Both the position numbers and the translations under genes were made by a program. From Podarcis bocagei (taxonomy: Eukaryota): 64,000 bases of DNA. The DNA lies in NCBI GenBank assembly GCA_964188305.1, contig OZ076888.1; one strand, given 5' to 3'. Below are positions 1 through 10,901 of the stretch, in pieces. Position 1 is the first letter of the stretch; the number at the start of each line of letters is the position of its first letter. The notes under the pieces were generated by a model. It saw nothing but the letters and a program-made list of their open reading frames with translations. It was not told where the DNA came from and did not search any database.

Positions 1-143
1 CTTTATTCTGTGAACTGTTCTGAAGTCAAAGATATTGAGAGAACAAAAAGAGCACAATAAAATAGAGAGGAAAGTGAAAACATTGGCGTGGTAGTCTAAT
101 CCAATTGTTGAGAACGAAAACAAGCTGGCATCACATTCAAAGT

Positions 144-763
144 CTATTCAGTCAGATGAGTCTCACAGATCTGGAAGCTGTCAATGTGCTGCCCATTGAT
201 GCGGATCTCCATGTCAGTCCTCTTTGAACTTTTAGAGTCTGCAACTGGAAGTTCTGGGATTGTCTTGTCAAAATTCTCCATCTTGATCTGATATTCCCCT
301 TTAGCACCTCGAACCAACATGGAGGCAAAATGGTGGTGTAATATGATCTCTGATGGAAGATAGGATGTCCTCCTCTGGCATGTTTCTCCAGTGCCCTCTT
401 GTGTGGCAGAAAGGAAGACTACTAGCTCAAAATGTTGATGAGCCTCCCTTTGCAGGAGAATGGCTAGAGGGCTAGATGGAGTTATGGGATGATAATAGGT
501 TAAAGGAAAGATAAAGAAAGGGCACTCTTCTGAAGTGATGCTGTCTAGATGGAAATCCACACTGGTTTGATGTAACTGACCATTTTCTTGTTCTTCATAA
601 AGAACTGCAGAAATCCGAACACTGGTGAGTGGGCTTGGGCGAGTATTGGCCACTTGGAACATTAGATATGGCTTTCCTTCTTTGTGTGTCACTACAGCAG
701 AATAGGTGAACCGGATGGAGAGAGCTCGATTCTTTGGACGGGCAATTTTTGCTACAAATGCAC
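144..763 (-). CDS. KCNJ13: KCNJ13 (Kir7.1) last coding exon, cytoplasmic C-terminal domain
   Basis: Acceptor tatttag|GT GCA TTT at 765/763. Reads (G)[19 protein letters not shown]...CETHLTE*. 620 nt, phase matches the upstream exon; total CDS 1098 nt = 365 aa. Confidence 0.97.
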
Positions 764-1615
764 CTAAATAAAAAGAGAATTTACATATAGATTGTGTGTG
801 TAATTATAGCTTCCTGATTCCCTTTATAGTATATTGAAAGGAAACACAATTAAAGCAAGTTGCACTGTATTAGGATCACAACATTTATTATTAGCCTGAG
901 TAGTTCACATTTTTAATGATGGTTCCCACATTATTCAGGTCCATCACATTAATTTCCTAAACCACAAAAATACTTATTATAGTAAATATTTTTTAAATCA
1001 GGTGTTCATTAAAATATTTGCCACCATCTTTGCGAACTTGAATAATGCCATATGCTTTTGACAAAATAAGACCCACAGTCTCTGCTTTATGATATAGCAT
1101 TTCAGGCTAACAGTCTGCTAAGTAATCTCTTAGTAGGTTTGTTTTGTTATAAGCTTCATTTATTATATAGCAAATTTTCTTTCACTAATATAGAACAGTT
1201 TTATTTATTAACTCATTTAAAATTATTTTCAATAAAACATAGCAGGGTTTGAAAATTCTCTGATAGTTGGTAAAGCTGCTAAGGATTCATCTTTTAGCTT
1301 TAAACTATGCAAATGTTTATGGGCAGTTAATTCTACTAACTAATCACACTTTTTAAAATAATGTAAGAAAAGGTTTTTGAACTAAAGCATGCATTTGGGA
1401 AGAACTGAATCACCTATTTAGATGTTTAGTACAAGTTGCTATTTAATAATTCTTTTCATACTGTAAAGTGGAAATACATCCTCGTCAAAGAACAGTATTT
1501 TTCAGAATGCTGAGTGACATAGTCCTATCCTTGCTTTCTTGCTGTAGCTTTATGACAAAGCTCTTATTTAAACTATAACATATAAGCACTAGGTTCTTAA
1601 ATAGTATATAATTAC

Positions 1616-2093
1616 CTGTGATGAAGGCCTCCAGCATCAGACCCAGTACCATTTGTATAGCAAGTAGGGCAATTGCACTTGGACAGTCTCCACTTGGGAA
1701 CATTGTGCCGTAACCAATAGTGAGCTGTGTCTCCAGTGAGAAAGAAAAAGCAGCTGTAAAGCTTGTGATATACTTTACACAAATAGTGTGGTTTTCAGGT
1801 GGAGAATCATGATCGATCTCCAGATCCCCATTCATTTCTGCTAGTAGGTACCAGAGAACTGCAAAGACAAGCCAGTGGAGGACAAAAGAAGCAGAGAATA
1901 CCAGCATCATCCATCTCCAGCGCATATCCATAAGGATTCCCCAAGCATCTTTTAGGTATGCCAGGCCTTTCCCATGGGCACCATCCATTTGTAGTGTGCT
2001 GTGTCCATCTTTCGTGACCATTCTTGGGTATCGTTGGGCCAGGAGAGGAGCACTAGGTTTGGTGTTGTTGCCTTCTATCACTTCTGTCCTCAT
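1616..2093 (-). CDS. KCNJ13: KCNJ13 (Kir7.1) first coding exon, N-terminus, M1, pore and M2
   Basis: [23 protein letters not shown], and selectivity filter TIGYG followed by the Kir7.1-diagnostic Met (TIGYGTMFP). NHT glycosylation site. Donor ACAG|gtaat at 1616/1615; pyrimidine-rich acceptor cag|AAGATG just upstream of the ATG. Confidence 0.97.
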
Positions 2094-4310
2094 CTTCTGA
2101 AAATGAAAAGGAAAAAACTGTTGGATGCTTGTTTATCTGTGGTTCAGATGATGTTCAGAGATTCTGACACATTGGCAGTGGACCAGACACTACCTGCAGC
2201 TAGCCAAGAGGGTCTTTAAACATGCAGTTCTGAGAAAAGTAACTTTGGAGAGCCAGGTTTGCCACTGCTTCCATTGTACGATAATGATTGCCTACAAAAA
2301 TTAATGTTGGATCCTTCTTTGATGATAATTTAGAAATGTAAGCCAAACTTTTTGACTTCTCAGGTTTATTTGTGGGTCTAGTGGTTAGTTTGATAGTGAA
2401 GGAGCACTGCAAGTCTTAATTTTCTGAAATTCAGAGGTGTGTTCTGTAACTTTAGCAAATATGTGTTTAATATTTAAGCAAAGCACACTATCAAAGCTAT
2501 TATTAATATTATAAATGTTCTATATATTCCTTTGGTGGCCATCTGAAGGCTGTCATATCAAATATAATAAATTAAAATTTCCTCATTATAAGCTCTTGTG
2601 GGGTTTTCTACCTAAATATGTTTACTGCTACCAACCATGATATTTTTATCGTCTAGAATTGTGGTACCTGGGATATAGCCTCTTCTGCTGAACATACTCA
2701 GGCCACTGCTGTTGTAAAGCTGTATTAAAAAGGGGATAGAGAATAATACGGAAAATATTATGCAATTATATAAGCCGAGAGAAGTCCTGAGGAGAAAAAA
2801 AAACATCTCTAAACCCAATTTGCCAAAGGGGAAACTGGAGTGAGGCTTTTGTTATGTGTCCTTAATCGTGTTTCTAATACTGTAGTGTGGCAGCTTGGGT
2901 TCCTGTGGAGTTACAAATATTGAGTATCTCGGAAAATAAAAGATCAATCCCTGTGCTTTTTATGAGCTTTTCTCTTATAGCAGAAAAAGCTCACAGCTTT
3001 AAAATTAACAAACATAAAAGAAAGCAAAATATTCAATCATGGTGTCTCACTATTTGCTAGAGACTGGTTGAAATGAAAAATGTGAGAGAAAGGATGCTGG
3101 CATGTTTGAAAAGAGAGGTTAAACTGGGGTAACTGTTGAATGACATAGTTACCAGAGCACCAGATCTGATCTAATATTGATGGTAAAATTGAAACATATT
3201 TGGTCCATCTTGTTGCACAATCATTGTGTGTTGTTTGTTTCTCTCTGAATGAGATCCAGATATCTTATTTCAAAATAACAACTTCTGGTGGGGGGCTATC
3301 ACATTTTCCAAATAGACATTAGTATTCCCCTTCAGGAAAAATGCGAAAATGATTGCATTGTAATTTGATACATGCTTACTACAGGCATAGTTATGATAAT
3401 AAATTTGATTGAAATATATTCTTTAGAAATGTGTAGGGTGGCTTCCTTGGGGTGGGATGTATTAAACTGCTTTGAGATTAATTATAATCAAGCTATATAA
3501 AAAATGTGTTAAATAAAAAACACACAAAGTAGTCATGGTCCAGTCATCAAAAGTAGTTGCACTGTTTTATAGTGCTACAGCACCTAAGATATTTACAATC
3601 AGTCAGTTTTGACAAACTGTGGAGTAGAGTTCACTGATTGTGCAGAGCTAATCAGATGTTTATCTCCTGCATATGTTGTACTTGGCCACTCTGTTTTTGC
3701 TGTTTTGCTAAGCTTGCACATGAGTCATTATAATGGTTTTTATTGTTATGTTCCTGATATTATGCCATGCTTATGTCTCAGGTTGATTAGAGACTTTATG
3801 TAGCAAGTGACTAACAAGTAAAAATTACTATTATTGATGATGATGATGATGATGATGATAAATGAAAAAATAATGCAATCTACAGTATAGAACTGCTATC
3901 CTCTCAACAGAAACATTTTAAGCTTAAACTTACAGCAAAAGTAAGTTGAAGTCTCATGGATTGAGCAAGATGTGTCTGTAAGTCACAATTGGGATTTGGG
4001 AGCACTGGTGAACAAGGCCATGACTGATTGATAAAGCTGATGGGGCAATGAAAAATACTAGTAATAATACTTATGTATGTATACACCTGTATGTAGTGGT
4101 TTATTTAGACTTTTCAAAAGTGTTCCACATACATTATTGTAATTGTCTTTGTAGGCTATAAAATAGGTCAGTATTTCTATTCCAGTTTTGCTTGTAGGGA
4201 CCTGAAGCTTTGTTCACTGGAGAGGCAACTTTTGATCTATGGGTTCCATGATCCACAGCTCTGTCTCTTCACCCTCATGCTGTACTAGCAAAACATATTG
4301 ACAGTAAGTT

Positions 4311-4415
4311 GTATTCAGCTAAATTTTATTCAGAGTAGACCTATTGAAATCAGTGACTCTTAAGTCATGTTCATAATTTCAATGGGTCTGCTCTGATTAA
4401 AACTAAGTTGAATAC
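4311..4415. repeat. ~105-bp palindromic (hairpin) element
   Basis: Arms gtattcagct / agttgaatac and cagagtagacctattgaaat / atttcaatgggtctgctctg. Confidence 0.75.
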
Positions 4416-6149
4416 CAGTGCCTCAGTTTCATTTCAACATAAAATGAGCTCTCTTATTAAAGAGAGATTTTTCCCTTCAATTTGGGAAAAATTCCACACC
4501 GTCATTTCATTCTGTTAAGTCATATGAGCACTTCAAGTAAAATGGCTGTTCTGGTAGAGTATCGGAAAATTGTATTAGTGAAGTCATCATATTTTATTTC
4601 TGCCAAGGATGTAACAATGAAATATAAGCACAATGTCTCTATAAAGTACGTAGCCCATTGAAACACAGGTAACTGAGGCTTGTAGTTTGCAAGGGGCTAG
4701 AGTTCATCAAAGTATTCATTTTGAACTGTTCCCTGGTAGAAAATAATTAAAAAATTTGCATTTGAAATTTTAAAAGAGACTCTTCGAACATGACTTTTGA
4801 CTCTGTCAGAAGTAGAACTTTTCTTGACTTGAAAAAATGATGAGAAAAATACCATTTTGAAATGAAAGCAAACAATCCTAATGTCATGCTAAACATGCAA
4901 GTTTATGTTATGGGTTCAAGCCAGTCCACTGCATGTGTGGTGCCCAGAGCGGTCACCAGAGGAATAACGTGAACTCCCAAGATTGCATCCTTTGATCTAG
5001 TGGAAGGGTTGAGTGTGACTGTGATGTGGCAGGTGTACACATGCCTTGTATTCCATGTAACAGCCTGCTGAGCTGCCTGTATATGTCCCTACCTCATTAG
5101 AGGAGGTAGGGACTGCATCCAAAATAACAGTTTTTTGAAATACAGACCTATGAATTGATTCTTTATCCTACTGTGATAGTAACGCTGACAGTTTCAACTT
5201 TTTAAACAAAGATGCTACTTTATACATCGTTTGTTGGAAGGTGATATTTTTGATATAAGTATTAAACCTACCATAGGCACTAAACTGCCTTTTGTGAGAA
5301 TTTATTTTTTAAGATTTGGTAGTTATATATTTATATTTTGCATATTTAAGTGTTTCTGTTTTTATAACTAGCAATATGGTAAATAAAACACATTTTTAAA
5401 AAATTAAAGGAAGGAACAACATAATTGGGCCCTGTGTAAGAATTCTGGACTTTAAAATCTTGTTAATAGTAATCTTTGTTAACAGCTGAATGAAAGTAAC
5501 CTGAACTTGGCATCCAACATCTTCATTATATAGGTTTCATTATACATTGAAAGCATACCTCTTTACCTTGGCCTTTGACAACTGAGGTGTTTTTACAACC
5601 CACCCTATTCTTTTGATTGTAATTTTTTAAAACTGATTTTAATATTGGTTTTTTACATTGCTGTAACCCACTTTGGGACTTAATAGTGAAGAATGTTTAA
5701 GAAATCTAAATAATAATAACGCATAATAATTATTACTAAAATAGTGATATTCTGCCTGACCCATGTTCATTAATGTTCATTTTGTATGCGGAATGCACTT
5801 TTGAGCTAAGAGTTCCACTACGTACCTGATCAACTACAATTGAAGCACATAAAAATTGCTATTTGCCTTGCTGGGCTTGGATTCCAGTGCACTAGGTAAA
5901 GACAGGGACAAGGAACTTCTAGTGTTCAAAGGATTATCTTACTGGGAAAGTTGGAAAAAGGACTATATCTACTGCTAATTCACCTCCACAGACAAGAAAA
6001 ACAGTTGACTTGTTACTCTTCAAACATTCCTTTTTATTTACTGTTTCCAGGGGGTAGTCATATGCAAAAGCTGCAAGAGCTGTCTGTTTTGGAACATTGT
6101 TTTATATAAACGTAACACACCTTTGTTACATCCTGTATAGTTTACTGTA

Positions 6150-6480
6150 ACATGCTGTATGTGGGGCTGCCTTTCAAAAAGTGCTCAGAAACTGACTGGC
6201 CTAAAGAGCTGCACGCCAGGGAGCATAAACCTTACTTGTTACAATAGCTCCACTGGCTACACCAGTCTTTTCCCAGGCACAATTCAAAGTCCTATTTATG
6301 ACCTATAAAGCCCTTATGAAGCTTGGCTCAGACTATCTGAAGGACTATGTGGGAAAGGGCCTTCTTGGTAGCTGCTCCGAAACTTTGTAACTCCTTTCCT
6401 AGAGAAAGGAGTTGTTTTTATGCCAGCAGGCAAATACTATTTTATTCCAACAGGCTTTGGGGAACTGGTTTTTAAAGGAA
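6150..6480 (+). mobile_element. Old L2-like LINE 3' remnant
   Basis: LYVGLP, LHWL and QFKVLFMTYKAL-like codons with frameshifts. Similar remnants near 11990-12090, 22280-22490, 51960-52180 and 52800-53170. Confidence 0.6.
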
Positions 6481-8430
6481 ATGGCTTTGAATAGCCCTGT
6501 CCTGTTTTTACTATCTCAAAATGCTTTAACTTGTCTTTACAGGAAAAGTGCTTCAGTTATGTATCATTTTGTTCCCCAATTCTGCATATTTTCTAGTTCT
6601 AGTACCCTTTTTTAGATGGGGTAACCAAAACTGTAGAGTTCTTCAAATGTGTCTGCAGTGTAAAGGACCATTCTGACCATTTTATATGCAATATCTTTCC
6701 TAATAATCTCTAGCATGGAATTTTCCATTTTTGTCTCTGCCACTTGATATATCAACGAAATAATCAACTATGACTTCAGTATCTTTATACTGGAGTATTT
6801 CAACCAGTTTGGATACTTGTAGTTCTGAAACAGATGTGGAGTTCTGTCTTCCCAAGATTGCAACCATGTTGTACTCAGAAATTTATAGGCATAATCAACT
6901 ACTTAAAGGCAATAGTTGTGTAAATGCTACAAAGAGGACTTAGAATAAAGTATGCCTGGATTTCCCCTTTTTCTTAACATTATTGTTTAGTGGGTTTGCT
7001 CTGCCCCATACTCTGCTTTAGACATTTAAGAGAATTTCTAATATTAATTTTGAATTGATAAGTGTTTATGTGCAAATTGATAGACCTACAAGTTAATGGT
7101 TTTTTTTTAAAAAAATGAAAATTCTACAAGCTGTACGTGTGCAGTGGTTTGAACAAAGTTCAGAAATCAACAAATGAAGAATAGTGGATTACTAATTCAT
7201 TGCTTTCTCTCTGTAACCTTGTTTAAATATTTAGAATCACTGAATCTGGGGAGAAATTATAGTGGCGAGAATTATATAAGTATTCCTAACTTTAATACAT
7301 TGGATATACCTGGAGTTATGACTTCTCAAGTGTGCAGCTGTAGAGCTGTGATGCTATCTCCAGCAAATGTATCCAGAACTCAGTGAGTTAAAAATAAAAC
7401 TTTTTTCACAAAGACTCCTGCACTATACTTTCAGCTTAGCAAACCATTATACTTCCATATGTGCCTATTAAAGGATACTGTACCACTTATTTACTTACTC
7501 TAAAAATAAGACACACAAACCCCGTCAAGTTCTATACATAGTTCATACGCTTCTGCATTTGGTGAAAAATTTTGAGAATCTCAACTTCTAATTAACAATT
7601 AGAAAATAACTCCTCTTGTCCAGTGGTAAGCAATGTAATGCCTTCCAGATGCTGTTGGTCTACAGCTCCTATTTCCCTTAAGTATTTGCTATGTTGGCTG
7701 GGCTTCATTAAAGCGGTAGTCAAACAACTTCTGGTGGTCAGGCACCCAGTTGGCTACCCTTGCTTTAGTCCTTGAGTTCATGAAGATGGGTTTGAAAACA
7801 GGTTGATAGTATCTATACAAGACATCAGATATTTATGGACATAGAGCTTCTGTGTTCCACTTGACTGCATTCACCAACTTCATGGCTTCTGGTCACTTTT
7901 CTTTGACCTATACACTCTCTTGCCTACCGTTTACTACTCCCCCCTCCCCTTACTGCAAACCATTTATAGAAAATGCATGTTTTCGAAGCACTTGGATATG
8001 GAGTTTAAATGTGTAAATTGAAAATATTTATTCATTTGTATTCCTTGGTATAACTGAGCAAAAATGTATTTCAGTGTTGCAGAATTTTAGTCCCTTTGGC
8101 TTTCTCTGCTTTGTTACAAGAGCAGTTAAGACATAGATGTACGCAAAGATTCAAGGACTCTCCTATTCAATTAAATTTTTTTCACATGACTCTTAATACC
8201 AACAAAACATTGCTTAAAAGTGATATTTGGCAATTGTTATTACGTTTGTGTTTCACTACTGTAACCCACCCTGGGACCTAAAGGTGAAGGGTGGGTACTA
8301 TATAAATCAGCAATGATCAAATGTATTTAAATTTTCCAAACTACATTTTTGCAAAGTAGATACACTTTCTTTAGCATTTATGTATATATTTTTAATTTTA
8401 TATATTTGTTATATAAGTTTAACATCCCAT

Positions 8431-8465
8431 GATAGATAGATAGATGATAGATAGATAGATAGATA
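8431..8465. repeat. (GATA)n microsatellite
   Basis: Seen directly. Confidence 0.9.
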
Positions 8466-10630
8466 TTCTCCTAATTGATAGTCATTGTAAAAATGGCACC
8501 TTCAATTTAAGTCAGATTGCTTATAAAATCTGCCGTAGTCTTGACATCCAGCTCACTTCAGAAATTTTACTTTGGTACTTGTTTGTAACAGTGAATAGTG
8601 CATTAATTCCTCTAGAAAATATTGCCATTTGATGTGAATAAGGTATTCTAAAACTCCTGCTGAGTATCATAGTCATTCTCTCCATAGATGTTCTAACAGG
8701 GTATTAATGTAAAGGCTTTGAAATTGAATTCACTTGCAAAAAAGTTTAAAGCCATAGATTATATGACTTAGAATTTGTAAAAGATAACATGCTGCACTAG
8801 TCTGAAGAAACAGTGTTAGGTGCTGCTCACTGCAGCTGTGCAGTTTGCCATTTGCTTGGAGCGGACTTCCCCAACGTTGTGCCCTCCAGATGCTCTGGAC
8901 CACCCCTCACATCAGCCATAGCAGTGCCAGCTAGGGCTGGCAGATGTAGTAGTCCAAAACATCTGGAGAGACCAGGTTGGGGAAGGTTGCTCTAGTCAAA
9001 TGGTGAGCTGCATGGCTGCAACCAACAGCACACTGGGAAGCCAGGTTGGGGGAGGCTGCCCTAGAGCAAGTAACAGTTGTTTCAAGGAAGCAACCCAAGG
9101 GGGACTGCCCACTGCCACCCACCCTCCATCATTTCTGATGTCATGCAGTTTTGCCATGGTGCTCCCCAAGAACAGGTTCCTGTTCAAACTCTTCTTAAAG
9201 CTTGCAGGAAGTGTTGAGTGTGTGTACTCGCGCCAATATAGCAGGTCTGTCATTAGGCAGGTAGCAAATGTTGAAAGCACGGTGTATAGTTATGTGTGTG
9301 CCTTGCGACCTCTAAGCTACGCTGTTGCTCTCAGGTAATGCCCCCCCCCATTGCAGGTATCCAACGGCAGTCTTGTTGACTTCTATACATGGAATGTGCA
9401 GGAGTTTGTGTGTGTGAGATCTTGTAATTTGTCTCGCGCCTCAAAATGAGTTTTTTCAAAAATAGTGAAGGGTTAAGTGTAACCTAGCTACAAAAGTGAA
9501 GAAATAAGTGAAGGTATTTTACACCTGAATAGGTTGATACATGTGTCTTTGGATTTAAAACACAAATGTGATACATTTGAATAGTATCAGTGAAATAAAA
9601 ATGGTATCCCTTTCACACTTTATTATGTACTGATTTTTTTTCATTGAATAGACTATTTATAATTTTCCCTGGAAGTTTAAAACTATTCCCCAGATAACAT
9701 TACCATGCATGAAATATCCTAATTCTTCACAACAATCATTTGTCCCCTTAAATAAGATCTTCCATGTGTAGGAGATAAAATAGCTTTGGGCAAACAAGTA
9801 ATCTTAATATAGGTAGCAATCAGGTGTTTCTTAAACACTGACATTGTGTAAGACAAATGAAGAAACTTGTTCGAAAAGTTTGTTTATATGGTTAGAAACC
9901 AATAAAATTTAAATTTGCTTTATGACATAACATTTAATTTCTATTCAAATGGATATTCTGTGGTGAGCAACCAGAAAACCTCTGTGTCTAATCAAAAGAA
10001 TCACTTAAATGATTTTTTAAATAATTGAATTTAAGTGGAAGTTTCTTTACACTGCTACACAAATTGCTAGCAAATTACTTACCATCTATCAGTCATGCTT
10101 TATATAAGTTAAAGCAATAACATATTTTTTCAAAACTTTTAAATAGAAAGATGAGATATTGCTGGAACCTGGAATTGAATTTAAAACTCTAGTCATCTAC
10201 ATTACTGTTAAAAACAACTACATCTCCAGGAATAAGTACACACTCAGTCTTCAATATCTGACTGGTCACAGGATGGTTACCTTTTTGAAGAAATACTCTT
10301 TTAGAATTGCACAGCTAAGATCTGCTTCATGCCTTTTATTAAAAGCTAAAGAGCCATGCAAGATGCTGAAGTTACTTCCAGGGATCTCCTATACAGAATT
10401 GTTCCTTATGGAAATTGGTTCTGGAAGTTGTCACTGGGCAATATTCGTTTGGGAAACAATCTCCTTTGAGAAAGTCTTATAATATTTGAAGTTGGTATTT
10501 CAATTGATATTTTTCAAAACAGGTCTGTCTAAATCCTCCAAAACTCCATTTTTGTTTTTGAAAGTCTAAAACCACAAAGCAGGAAATATTAATGTAAAAA
10601 AGTGATGCTATGTTAGCATCATGTACTTAC

Positions 10631-10790
10631 CAGTGTATTTGTAGTATTTATCTACCTGGCAGGGAAAGGGAGGAAGGCGGATGTCCTGGATATTGAAAAC
10701 GAACCAAACTATCTTGTATCTGTATATAGTGATCCCAAGGAAGAAAAAAAATCTTTTGACAACTAGTTTGGAAGGATGTTTGTTCAAAAT
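10631..10790 (-). other. KCNJ13: Candidate non-coding exon 1 (5' UTR) of KCNJ13
   Basis: Consensus minus-strand donor CTG|GTAAGT at 10631/10630, no ATG in the segment, TATA box about 25-30 nt upstream. The first coding exon begins with an acceptor, so an upstream exon is required. 5' end approximate. Confidence 0.6.
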
Positions 10791-10814
10791 GGGCTTACGG
10801 GTCTCATTCCACAG

Positions 10815-10901
10815 TTTATAATGTGGGGGGTTGGCTTTCATATGAAGCTGATGTGATTGGTCATTCAGTCTGCAGGGGGGCCTATTAGCTGTGGTCATGT
10901 G
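10815..10901 (-). promoter_or_regulatory. Candidate KCNJ13 core promoter (TATA, CCAAT, M-box-like E-box)
   Basis: Minus-strand TATAAA at 10820-10815 and CCAAT at 10860-10856 (40 nt further upstream); TCATGTG at 10895-10901. Confidence 0.55.

Noticed and set aside
1485-1615. ORF-track extension of the KCNJ13 first coding exon
   Set aside because: Read-through past the donor at 1616 into the intron; Kir homology resumes at 763.
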